The notes below the pieces were generated by a model that was given only the letters and a program-made list of their open reading frames with translations, did not search any database and was not told where the DNA came from. A stretch of DNA of 64,000 bases, taken from the NCBI GenBank assembly GCA_963777605.1, contig CAVZRV010000010.1:480001-544000 (forward strand). Direction: 5' to 3'. Within the stretch, counting starts at the first letter, position 1. Each line of letters begins with the position of its first letter. The position numbers and the translations under genes are program-made. This document shows positions 52,106-61,156 of this stretch, one piece after another. Origin of the DNA: an uncultured Acidobacteriota bacterium. Its GTDB lineage: Bacteria > Acidobacteriota > UBA6911 > RPQK01 > JAPXNP01.

Positions 52106-52474
52106 ATGGCAACGAAAGCGCTGATGCTCAAGTCCGAACGCCTTTTTCCCCAGAACCGGCGACCGGAGAGAGAACTCATCAACCTTGCCATGGGAATCCT
52201 GACTCAGGCGGTCAGAGATTTGATCAGCCCTCAGAAGAAGGTCGAAAAGGATTGGAAAGACTGGCAGGCTGATTCTCGCGAATGGTTCAATTCGCCCGAG
52301 CAAGATACCGGTAGCTTCCTTTGGGTCTGCGACGTAATCGGAGCCGAGCCGGAACGAATGAGAGAGTGGGTCGAGAGCCTGGACAACCTCGATCGCCGTA
52401 AGAAGAAAGCCATGATTCTCAGCCTGATCCGGCTGACCTACCTTCGCAATAACCCAAGGGCTGAATCCAATTAG
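52106..52474 (+). CDS. Conserved hypothetical protein
   Basis: GGAG RBS; L...IL.QAV.D ... EWF.S......SF..VC..IG.EP..MR pattern of a small uncharacterised helical family. Confidence 0.65.
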   Translation: MATKALMLKSERLFPQNRRPERELINLAMGILTQAVRDLISPQKKVEKDWKDWQADSREWFNSPEQDTGSFLWVCDVIGAEPERMREWVESLDNLDRRKKKAMILSLIRLTYLRNNPRAESN

Positions 52475-52547
52475 AACCAGGTAGCGGAGAGCTGGATGAA
52501 ATCCGGGCTATGGCCTGGACGCTAAGGCTCTGCCATAATCCTCAGCC

Positions 52548-54401
52548 ATGCTGAGGAGAATAATTCTGGCCGTCTTGGCCGGCAGCCTGACCGGCTGTGG
52601 CCCGGCCACTGTGCTTCGCCTCCAGGGCGACCTGACGGTCGGGCAACCAGTGACCATCACGATCAGCGGCCCCCAATGTTTGGAGAAGGGCACGCCGAAC
52701 CCGTTCCTCGACTACCGGATGGAAGCCGATTTCACCCATGAATCTGGCCTCGAACTGCGGATTCCAGGCTATTTTGCCGCCGACGGCCGGGCAGCCGATT
52801 CGGGAGCGTCCGCGGGTGATAAATGGCGCGTCAATTTCCTTCCGCCGGTACCCGGACATTGGAGCTTCAAGGTTTCGCTTGTTGAAGGTGACCGGGTAGC
52901 CCTGATGCCCGGGAACGAGCGAGCCAAAGCGGCGGGAGACGGAACCCGGGGAGAGATCGAGATTATAGCCGCCCCCGAGTCGTCGAGTAAGCGGGATCCC
53001 CGAAATCGGGGGAAGCTGCAGTACGTTGGGCGACGCTACCTCCGGTTCTCTACTTCCGGAGACTATTTCCTGAAGGCGGGGACCGACAGTCCTGAGAACT
53101 TCCTGGCTTTTGCCGACTTTGACTCCGATACCGAGGGTCGGCGTGAGTCAGGAATGCCGAGGTCCGGCGAGGCGGCCCTTGCCCCAAGGCATCGTTACGG
53201 ACCTCATGTCAGGGACTGGCAGGAGGGCGACCCGACCTGGCGGGACGGGCTCGGCAAGGGGATTATCGGAGCCCTCAACTATCTTCATTCTCAGGGCGTC
53301 AATTCGGTCTACTTTTTGACCATGAACATTGGCGGTGATGGGGACGACGTCTGGCCTTACTCCAGCCGGAGTGACCGCTACCGCTTTGATTGTTCCCGCC
53401 TCGACCAATGGAACATCGTTTTCGATCACATGGACCGCCTCGGCCAGATGCTCCACGTCGTCCTGACTGAGACGGAAAATGAGAATCTGTTCGAATCAGA
53501 GGAGGGCGGCACCTTTGCAGATTCCCGAAAGATCTACTACCGGGAACTGATCGCACGGTTCTCCCACCACTCGGCGCTGGTTTGGAATCTCGGCGAAGAA
53601 AACGGTTGGGACAACGAATCCCTTCAGGAGGGCCCCGTCCCGGGCAAGGGAAACTCCGACGAACAGCGGAAGGCTTTCGCCCAATACCTGCGCGCAACCG
53701 ATCCCTATGAAAACCCTATCGTCGTCCACACCCTTCCCGGAGATTACGACCGGATCTACACGCCCCTGCTAGGTGTTGACTCAATTGACGGCCCCTCACT
53801 TCAAATGGGCGATGTCCGTCAAACTCATGCGGAAACGCTCAAATGGGTTCGGAAGTCAGAGGGCGCTTCGCATCCGTGGTTCGTTTGTCTCGACGAGGTC
53901 GGTCCCGCAGACACCGGGGTATTGCCCGACCTGGAGGACCCCGAACACAACGATATGCGGCGCTTCGGACTGTGGGGCAACCTGATGGCCGGCGGAGCCG
54001 GCGTCGAGTGGTACTTCGGCTACAGGCACCCTGACAATGATCTTAACCTGGAGGACTTTCGCAGCCGGGAGCAGATCTGGAGGCAGACGGCGGCTGCGAT
54101 CCGCTTCTTTCAGGAGGAGGTGCCCTTCGAGGAAATGAATTCGGCGGATGACCTGGTTTCGAGCCCGGACGCCTACTGCCTGGCCGACCCGGGCCAGGTC
54201 TACCTGGTTTACCTGGGACGAGGCGGCACCACGGAGCTCGAAATTCCGAACGGCACCTTCCACGTCAGCTGGTTTGACCCGGCCGCTGGACGAGAACTTC
54301 ACGAAGGCTCGGTGAGAACCATCCAGGGACCTGGGAAGCGGTCCCTTGGGTCTCCCCCGGGACGCTCCAGCCGAGACTGGGCGGTACTGGTTCGCAAGTA
54401 G
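52548..54401 (+). CDS. DUF5060-domain lipoprotein with glycoside hydrolase-like TIM barrel and C-terminal collagen-binding-like domain
   Basis: Lipobox LTGC; NPFLDYR, PGYFAADG, W...F.P...G.W (DUF5060); WNLGEEN, DE, WGNLMAGGAGVEWYFG; WFDP..G..DW. Confidence 0.8.
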   Translation: MLRRIILAVLAGSLTGCGPATVLRLQGDLTVGQPVTITISGPQCLEKGTPNPFLDYRMEADFTHESGLELRIPGYFAADGRAADSGASAGDKWRVNFLPPVPGHWSFKVSLVEGDRVALMPGNERAKAAGDGTRGEIEIIAAPESSSKRDPRNRGKLQYVGRRYLRFSTSGDYFLKAGTDSPENFLAFADFDSDTEGRRESGMPRSGEAALAPRHRYGPHVRDWQEGDPTWRDGLGKGIIGALNYLHSQGVNSVYFLTMNIGGDGDDVWPYSSRSDRYRFDCSRLDQWNIVFDHMDRLGQMLHVVLTETENENLFESEEGGTFADSRKIYYRELIARFSHHSALVWNLGEENGWDNESLQEGPVPGKGNSDEQRKAFAQYLRATDPYENPIVVHTLPGDYDRIYTPLLGVDSIDGPSLQMGDVRQTHAETLKWVRKSEGASHPWFVCLDEVGPADTGVLPDLEDPEHNDMRRFGLWGNLMAGGAGVEWYFGYRHPDNDLNLEDFRSREQIWRQTAAAIRFFQEEVPFEEMNSADDLVSSPDAYCLADPGQVYLVYLGRGGTTELEIPNGTFHVSWFDPAAGRELHEGSVRTIQGPGKRSLGSPPGRSSRDWAVLVRK

Positions 54402-54440
54402 GCGCGCCCGGCTGTGCCGGATCATTCAAAGAGTGAAACT

Positions 54441-54636
54441 GCCCCGCGCTGGCGCCTTGGTTTCAGCCCAGGGCTTACCCTGGGTCCGTGGTCCCGGCAA
54501 GGCGATCGCGGCCTGTAAGGTCGCGCCGATTCTTCACGTCCGGAGAGCTGTGCCGCCCTTTCAGGGCTGGATTCTTGATGGGGGAACCGTAAACCCAGGC
54601 AAATGCCTGGGCTGGAAACAGGCCCCCTTCAGGGGC
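54441..54636. repeat. REP-like palindromic element (about 195 bp) between convergent genes
   Basis: GTTTCAGCCCAGGGCTTACCCTGGG (54460-54484) inverted against CCCAGGCAAATGCCTGGGCTGGAAAC (54594-54619); small hairpins GCCCTTTCAGGGC (54555-54567) and GCCCCCTTCAGGGGC (54622-54636). Confidence 0.7.
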
Positions 54637-54837
54637 CAGCCCGGCGCCGATCCCGTGATCATCACTCATCCACGTCTGGCACCGGACCAGGAACCAGGTT
54701 CCAGCCGATAATCGCGTCCCTGGCTCTCCACCGATCGCCCGAATCTCCATCCAGACGCGTCCAATTCATCCAGTTCTTCCAGTTCATCCAAATGAAGTTT
54801 CAGGTTAAGCTCACCGCGAAAATGAATCCTCCGTTAC

Positions 54838-56280
54838 TCAGTTGTCGGAGCCGGGTCCAAAGACACTTGCCGAGAAACGGAATATCACGGTGTCGGAACG
54901 CTCCCACGCCGCAGGCTCGAGACCAGCCTTGGTGCAGGTCTGACGGAGTAACGCAAGTCGGTCCCAGCCATGCTCCGGGGCCACCTGCGGGAGAAGCAGT
55001 CCGCGCCGGGAGCCTTGCTCTATCATCAGTCCGTCACGGCCGATTTCGATTTCGTCGATGCGCCGCACGATCCTGAGCGGAGAGAGAATCGATATCTCAT
55101 AGTCGATCTCCTCCAACTCAGACTCCGTAACCGGCGGAAATCTCGGGTCGAGCGTCGCCGCACTGATCGCAGCATTCCTGACCGCGTCGGCCAGTGGCTC
55201 GCGGGCCACGATGCTGCCGATGCAACCGCGCAAAACCCCTCCGAACCGAAGAGTTACAAAGACGGCGGCCGGCTCTTCCAGATCGGGCAAATCTGGTCGT
55301 TCCACGGCCGAGCGGGTTCCCTCCACCGCGTCATCCAGGGCCTGGCGACAGATTTCGAGAAGTTGTCGGCGGACAGCCGGGCCGGGCCCGAAATCAGGAT
55401 CCCGCAACCCTTCGGTCTCGACGAATGCGGCTGAAAGGTAGCCGACGACTCCATCCCTCCGAAACGGAGGGACGTCACCCGAACTCGAGTAATTGAGGAT
55501 TTCGGCACGGTTACCGCCTGCCTGCTGTGCCGCAATCATGGCGGCGGCAACAGGTCCTGCTCCGCATGCCTCGGACTCCCCACCCTCCACATTCTGAAGA
55601 AGGCTGAGGTAATCCCATTTTCGGATCATGCTGATCACGCGATTGTCCAGATCACGGGCCTCGGAGTAAGGGTGATAGTGGGAGAGGTCGGAACTTGCCA
55701 CGAGCACGCTGTCACCGTCCATCAGATCGGCCAGTGCGATTCCCAATTTCCGGCAGGTGGACCAGTCCTGGCTGCCGAGCACAATGGGAACGAGCAAAAA
55801 GCTGTCCATAATCGCCTGCAGAAACGGCAACTGTACCTCGAGGGCGTGCTCGCCCCTGCCGCCCCTTCCTGTCACATGGCCCCGCTCCGAAACAGCGCCG
55901 GCACCGGCCGCCGCCAGCCGTCCAGCGAACTCACTGTCAACCGGAATCTTTCCCAACGGCGTCAAATAGTGGGAACCCGAAAAGATTGAAGCTCCGTCGA
56001 AAGCGTCCACGTGACACGGAGCAATCACCACCACTCGACGCGGCTTTTGCCGTGCCAGCAGTTTGAACCCGTGAGCGGCAACTTGTCCCGAGTAGGGATA
56101 CCCGGCGTGGGGAGAGACGACGGCAATGACCCTCCCCAGGTTCTCGGGAACCGAAGCATCGCTCAGGTAGCCGTCCACCTGGTCCTTCAGGTCGCTGGGA
56201 TCGTCCGGGTAGAACAGGCCTGCGACTGCCGGCTCCCGGACCAGCCCGCGTCGCGTGCGGGAGAAATCAATTCCGTACAC
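54838..56280 (-). CDS. amrB: Second AmmeMemoRadiSam protein B (Memo) - protein A (AMMECR1) fusion, no signal peptide
   Basis: REPAVAGLFYP, PHAGYPYSG, APCH, EHALEVQLPF, SSDLSHY, ACG, VVGY; FVTL...LRGCIG, DPRF, LLPQV, KAG. GTG 56280 follows GGAGGAGG. Confidence 0.92.
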   Translation of the reverse strand: MYGIDFSRTRRGLVREPAVAGLFYPDDPSDLKDQVDGYLSDASVPENLGRVIAVVSPHAGYPYSGQVAAHGFKLLARQKPRRVVVIAPCHVDAFDGASIFSGSHYLTPLGKIPVDSEFAGRLAAAGAGAVSERGHVTGRGGRGEHALEVQLPFLQAIMDSFLLVPIVLGSQDWSTCRKLGIALADLMDGDSVLVASSDLSHYHPYSEARDLDNRVISMIRKWDYLSLLQNVEGGESEACGAGPVAAAMIAAQQAGGNRAEILNYSSSGDVPPFRRDGVVGYLSAAFVETEGLRDPDFGPGPAVRRQLLEICRQALDDAVEGTRSAVERPDLPDLEEPAAVFVTLRFGGVLRGCIGSIVAREPLADAVRNAAISAATLDPRFPPVTESELEEIDYEISILSPLRIVRRIDEIEIGRDGLMIEQGSRRGLLLPQVAPEHGWDRLALLRQTCTKAGLEPAAWERSDTVIFRFSASVFGPGSDN

Positions 56281-56439
56281 GGTAACACCTCCTCCAGACC
56301 GCTCTTTGAAAAATTGCAAGCGATTCGGTAGGCGTCCCCATTCTAACTCGCGCCGGGCCATTCAGAAACCGTGCCCGATGATCTTTTTCACTTCCTTCTG
56401 CTAGAATCAACGCCAACGGGTGAAGAAAAGGTAAACATC

Positions 56440-57465
56440 ATGCAAGGACGAGGTACTCCGGAGAACCCTGCCAACCGCTTTGACCGGCTCCATCTCGAGT
56501 GGGACGAAGGTTACCAGCCGAGTGCGGAAACCCACTTCCTGGTTGACCGAACCGGCAGAATCATCACTTCGAACGACAGTCCGGACATCGGCTACGACTT
56601 CAGCCTGAATCCTTATCGGGGTTGCGAGCACGGCTGCATTTACTGCTACGCCCGCCCTACTCACGAATACCTCGGTTATTCCTCCGGCCTCGACTTTGAA
56701 ACCCGGATCCTGGTCAAAACCGAAGCTCCGACGCTGCTCCGCCGCGAGCTCGACTCGCCGCGCTGGTCCCCCGCCGTAGTGGCGCTCTCCGGGGTAACCG
56801 ATCCCTATCAGCCGGCGGAACGCCGACTCCGGTTAACCCGCGGCTGCCTCGAAGTGCTTGCGGAATTCCGCAACCCGGTCACGATTATCACCAAGAATCA
56901 TCTCATCACCCGGGACCTTGACCTGCTCGAAGAACTCTCTCGTTTCAATGGCGTCAGCGCCCGGGTTTCGGTGACCACGCTGAACGCCGAGCTGCACCGA
57001 GTCATGGAACCTCGCACATCCAGTCCTCGCCGCCGCCTCGACGCGATCGAACAACTTGCGCGCCACGGGATACCGGTTGGCGTCATGGTGGCACCGGTAA
57101 TTCCCGGTCTGAATGATCACGAGATCCCCGAGATCCTGAAGCAAGCCCGACTCCGGGGAGCGATCGCCGCTCACTTCCAGATCGTGCGACTGCCCTATTC
57201 CGTCAAGGACCTCTTCATCTCGTGGCTGCGGGAGCGCTTCCCCGATCGCGCCGACCGGGTAATCAACCGAATCCTGGAGGTCCGAGCCGGACGTCTGAAT
57301 GACTCCCGCTTCTTTCATCGCATGCGGGGAGAGGGGGAGTATGCGGGGCAGATTCAGCAACTCTTCGAGAGGTCCCATCGCCGGGAAGCGTTCCTGGACC
57401 ACCTGCCGCCACTCTCCTGCGCTTCATTTCGACGCCAGGGTCAGCTCAGGCTCCCCTGGGATTGA
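56440..57465 (+). CDS. PA0069/Rv2578c-family radical SAM protein (spore photoproduct lyase-like)
   Basis: N.SPDI...SLNPYRGCEHGCIYCYARPTHEYLG, TDPYQP.E, EPRT..P..RL, APVIPGLND. Confidence 0.93.
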   Translation: MQGRGTPENPANRFDRLHLEWDEGYQPSAETHFLVDRTGRIITSNDSPDIGYDFSLNPYRGCEHGCIYCYARPTHEYLGYSSGLDFETRILVKTEAPTLLRRELDSPRWSPAVVALSGVTDPYQPAERRLRLTRGCLEVLAEFRNPVTIITKNHLITRDLDLLEELSRFNGVSARVSVTTLNAELHRVMEPRTSSPRRRLDAIEQLARHGIPVGVMVAPVIPGLNDHEIPEILKQARLRGAIAAHFQIVRLPYSVKDLFISWLRERFPDRADRVINRILEVRAGRLNDSRFFHRMRGEGEYAGQIQQLFERSHRREAFLDHLPPLSCASFRRQGQLRLPWD

Positions 57466-57478
57466 TTCGGCGTCCCGA

Positions 57479-57775
57479 TCACATCTCGGCGGTCAGTTCG
57501 AGGAATCTTCGGTACGGAATCGCCGACCAGCTCTCGGCGGAGAATGCTCCGTTTTTCAGGCTGATCATGGACACCTTGGCGGCCGTTTCTTCGTCGGGAG
57601 CCTCGTAGATGTCGAGAAAGTCATAGGGTCCCAAAAGCGCATAGTGGGCCACAAACCGTACTTCAGGGCATTTCTGCCTGACCTGCTCCAGCCACTCGCG
57701 CCCCTGGGCGGCGCGGTCCTCGATACGGCGCGAGACCTCAGGTGCCAGTTTCGTCATCAGAACAAAGGTTTTCAT
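57479..57775 (-). CDS. GYD domain protein
   Basis: 98 aa, YALLGPYDFLDIYEAPDEETA; AAAGGAG RBS. Confidence 0.88.
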   Translation of the reverse strand: MKTFVLMTKLAPEVSRRIEDRAAQGREWLEQVRQKCPEVRFVAHYALLGPYDFLDIYEAPDEETAAKVSMISLKNGAFSAESWSAIPYRRFLELTAEM

Positions 57776-58054
57776 GGCGGGTCTCCTTTCAGAGAACGAG
57801 TCGTTACTTCCCTGTTTACCACCGTAGACGCCGCGAGACAATTCCCCCGCCGGATCCCGTACCGATGCCGGCCCGGACCGAGTTCACGAAGTCGGACACC
57901 GGTTCGTGGACGTGCTCAATCACGGAGCCTCTCCAGATCTCCGCCCGGCATTGTCGCGCAGAAAGCCATCGAACTCGGTGCTGCTTGTACCCGCATCCCA
58001 CTTTCGGGAAAATGGGCAGAGCCGACTTGACGGCTCCGACCACAAGAGGTGCCA

Positions 58055-59419
58055 ATGGGGTTTCTTGACGAAAACTATCTGCTGAGCTCTTCTGCCGCGC
58101 GGGACCTGTACTCCATGGTCAAAGATCTGCCGATCGTTGACCCGCACAACCACGCCGACGTGGAGGAGATCGTTCTCAACCGCAACTGGATCGACATCTG
58201 GCAGGTCGAGGGGGCCACGGACCACTACGTCTGGGAGTTGATGCGGCGCCGGGGCGTTGCGGAAGAGAACATTACCGGGACAGGATCCAACCTGGAGAAG
58301 TGGAGGGCTCTCGCCTCCCGGTTTCCGGAGTTTACGGGCAATCCCACCTACGAGTGGATCCACCTGGACCTGCGCCGCCGGTTCGGTCTTTCCGACACGA
58401 TTTCGGGAGCAACCGCCGACCGCATTTGGGAAGCCGCCGCCGCCCGACTCGCGACAAGAGAGATGCGACCGCAAGCGGTCCTGAGGGAGATGAAGGTCGA
58501 GATCATGTGCACGACCGACGATCCTACCCTCGACCTTGGGCTGCACGAACGAGCCCGAACCGAGATCGCCGACGTCCGGATCCTTCCCACCTGGAGGCCC
58601 GACAAGGCGATGAACCTCCGCTTGCCACGTTGGAAGCCGTTCGTAGAAGGGCTCTGCGCCGAAGCCGGTGTCGGCGCCTCGACCCTTTCCGGCCTGGAAC
58701 AGGCGCTGGCGGCCAGTCATCACTACTTCGGCCGCATGGGCTGCGTGGCCAGCGATCATGGGCTGACCACTCCGGCCGCTCACCATGTCCGCCGTGAAGT
58801 AGCCGCCCACCTCTACGCACGGGCAATCGGCGGCGAGAGCATTGACTCCGAGATGGCGGGTGATTTCCAGGCCTACATGCTTCACTTCTTCGCCCGGCTG
58901 AACCGTGATGCGGGGTGGGTCACGCAGTTGCACATCGGCCCCGTCCGCGACTACCGGGACTCGCTTTGGAAGTCTTTGGGCCCCGATTCCGGCGGCGACA
59001 TCTCGACCCAGAGTATTGACCTGGTGCCGGGACTGCACCACTTGCTGAACGAGTTCGACGGGAGCATGAAGATCGTCCTTTACGTCGTTGATCCCACCCA
59101 CTGGCCGACCCTGGCGACCCTGGCAAGAGCATTTCCGAATGTCTCCCTCGGCTCAGCCTGGTGGTTCAACGACAGCCCTTTCGGGATGGAAACCCAGCTC
59201 AAGTACCTCGCCACTGTTGACCTGCTCGCCAACCATGCCGGAATGGTCACGGATTCCAGGAAACTCCTGTCATTCGGGTCGCGAACCGAGATGTTTCGAC
59301 GCGTGCTTTGTCAGGTGGTCGGAGAAATGGTCGAGAAAGGGCAGGTTCCTGATGCACCGGCCGAGTGGCTGGTCAAACAGCTTTCGTACAATCGGCCCCG
59401 GGAGCTCTTCTTCGGCTGA
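58055..59419 (+). CDS. uxaC: Uronate (glucuronate) isomerase
   Basis: PIVDPHNH, DHYVW..MR, GNPTYEW.H, CTTDDP, WRPDK, SDHG, QLHIG, AWWFND, MVTDSR.LLS...R.E.FRR. Confidence 0.95.
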   Translation: MGFLDENYLLSSSAARDLYSMVKDLPIVDPHNHADVEEIVLNRNWIDIWQVEGATDHYVWELMRRRGVAEENITGTGSNLEKWRALASRFPEFTGNPTYEWIHLDLRRRFGLSDTISGATADRIWEAAAARLATREMRPQAVLREMKVEIMCTTDDPTLDLGLHERARTEIADVRILPTWRPDKAMNLRLPRWKPFVEGLCAEAGVGASTLSGLEQALAASHHYFGRMGCVASDHGLTTPAAHHVRREVAAHLYARAIGGESIDSEMAGDFQAYMLHFFARLNRDAGWVTQLHIGPVRDYRDSLWKSLGPDSGGDISTQSIDLVPGLHHLLNEFDGSMKIVLYVVDPTHWPTLATLARAFPNVSLGSAWWFNDSPFGMETQLKYLATVDLLANHAGMVTDSRKLLSFGSRTEMFRRVLCQVVGEMVEKGQVPDAPAEWLVKQLSYNRPRELFFG

Positions 59420-59544
59420 TTCTCCAAGGAGGCAGCACGGACTTGCAGACCATACTCCGCCTGCAACGTCCCACTGCCCACAATCTGGCTTTATCCGCCG
59501 GCCTTCAAGCCGAGCCAACGACGACAATATCGAGAACTGAGCCA

Positions 59545-61102
59545 ATGACTGAAATTCTGAACAGTTCAAGCCTTCAAGGCCCCTTCAAAACGAATCTGGT
59601 CCCATTTCTGGTTGCGCCGGACCGTCCGATCCAGGTTTACGCCCGCTCAATCCACCGCCTGGGCGCAAACCGGGCTTTTATTATCAGAGACAAGAGCGGC
59701 CGCCGGCTCGCCATCCTCGAAGACAAACCCGGTCAACGTGCGTCCGGCTCATTCGAACGCGAAGAGGTGTTTGACCTGCCCGGTAGCGCAAAGCTGAACC
59801 TGGGTCCGCTGTCTCGACAGAACGCCGCTTTCCTCCGGGAGCACTTCCCCTGGACGGCACCGCGTCTTTCGCCGGCAGGGCCTTCCTTCGGGCTCGGCGA
59901 CCGGCTCGGGTTGGCCGGTCCAGCCCACGTTCGTGCGGTCAGTGGCACCTCCCTTTTCCCGATTCTGGCCCAGCAGTCGATCCGGGAACTGGAGCGAACC
60001 CATAGAACGCCGCAGGAGGTCGTCGATTGTGCCACAGTCTCCGCCTTTCAAGAGGACCTGCAAAGTGGATTCGGTGCCGATGCCGACCACCTTAAGTCAA
60101 CCCGGGACATCGACCGGGTCAGCGGCGCCGGGTTCGGCTGGTACACGCTCGATCCCGGCGAGCACGTCGTCAATGAAGCCGACCACATGAGCCCGACCGA
60201 GTTGAAGAGCCGCGCGGAAGACCTGGACTGGAGTCGTCTGGGCAGGTCGATCGAGTCAGTCCGCGCCGATTATTCAGGGAAGACCTTCACGATCTCGGAT
60301 TCCTTCCAGTTGAGCCCGTCGGACGACGAGATCTGGAGGGCATGGGTAAAGTACGGCCGGGTGATCCGCCACGTCCATGAACTGCACGATCACCTCGAAA
60401 AGTGTTTCAGGAAAGACCGCTTCGAACTCGAACTGTCGGTCGATGAAACCGACTCGGTGACCAGCCCATTCGAGCATTTTCTGGTGGTCTCTGAACTGAA
60501 GAGGTTGGGCGTCCGAATCGACAGCATCGCGCCCCGCTTTGTGGGCAGATTTGAAAAGGGTGTCGATTTTCGCGGCGACCAGGACGAATTTGAGCGTCAA
60601 CTGGAACGCCACGTGGCGGTCTCCCGGAAGCTGGGCCCCTACAAGCTGAGTCTGCACTCCGGTAGCGACAAGTTCAGCATTTACCCGGCCTTCGCGCGAA
60701 ACTGCGGTAAGTACACCCATGTCAAAACAGCCGGCACCAGCTACCTGGAGGGCCTGCGCGCGATGACGGAGCTGGATCTGGCCCTGTTCAAGGAGATCCT
60801 CGACTTCTCCCGGGCTTGTTATCCGTCCGCCAAGGCCAGCTACCACGTCTCTGCCGAACTTGCCAACGTTCCCGAGGCTAGCCGCCGTGGACAGTGCGTC
60901 AGGGGCACGCCTTTTCGAGGCCAATGATGACGCCCGCCAGGTCTTGCACGTCGCCTACGGAGATGTTCTGTGCGCCGAACTCCCGGACGGTCGAAGCCGT
61001 TTTCGAGAGCGGCTCCTGCAGGCCCTCGACGCCGGAGAGGAAGTCCACTTCCGCTGTCTCGAGGCCCATTTCGAGAGGCACTTTTCGCAATTACGAGGCT
61101 GA
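59545..61102 (+). CDS. uxaE: Tagaturonate/fructuronate epimerase (apparent +1 frameshift near 60880)
   Basis: SFGLGDRLGLA, AQQS.RE..RT.R, GADADHLK, ELSVDET, FEKGVD, KLSLHSGSDKF, HVKTAGTSYLE. DDARQVLHVAYG lies in the shifted frame. Confidence 0.9.
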
Positions 61103-61156
61103 CCGTTCAGGAGTTTTGATCGACATCGGGCGGATGAATCCTTATCCTAAGGAGCC

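Noticed and set aside
57776-58054. Possible structured ncRNA in the divergent GYD/uxaC intergenic region
   Set aside because: Only short GC-rich hairpins (e.g. CCCACTTTCGGG) were seen, with no recognisable riboswitch or sRNA consensus.
8430-61102. Programmed ribosomal frameshifting or phase variation explaining the split genes
   Set aside because: No slippery heptamers, long homopolymers or simple-sequence repeats at the sites; the affected genes are unrelated housekeeping genes.
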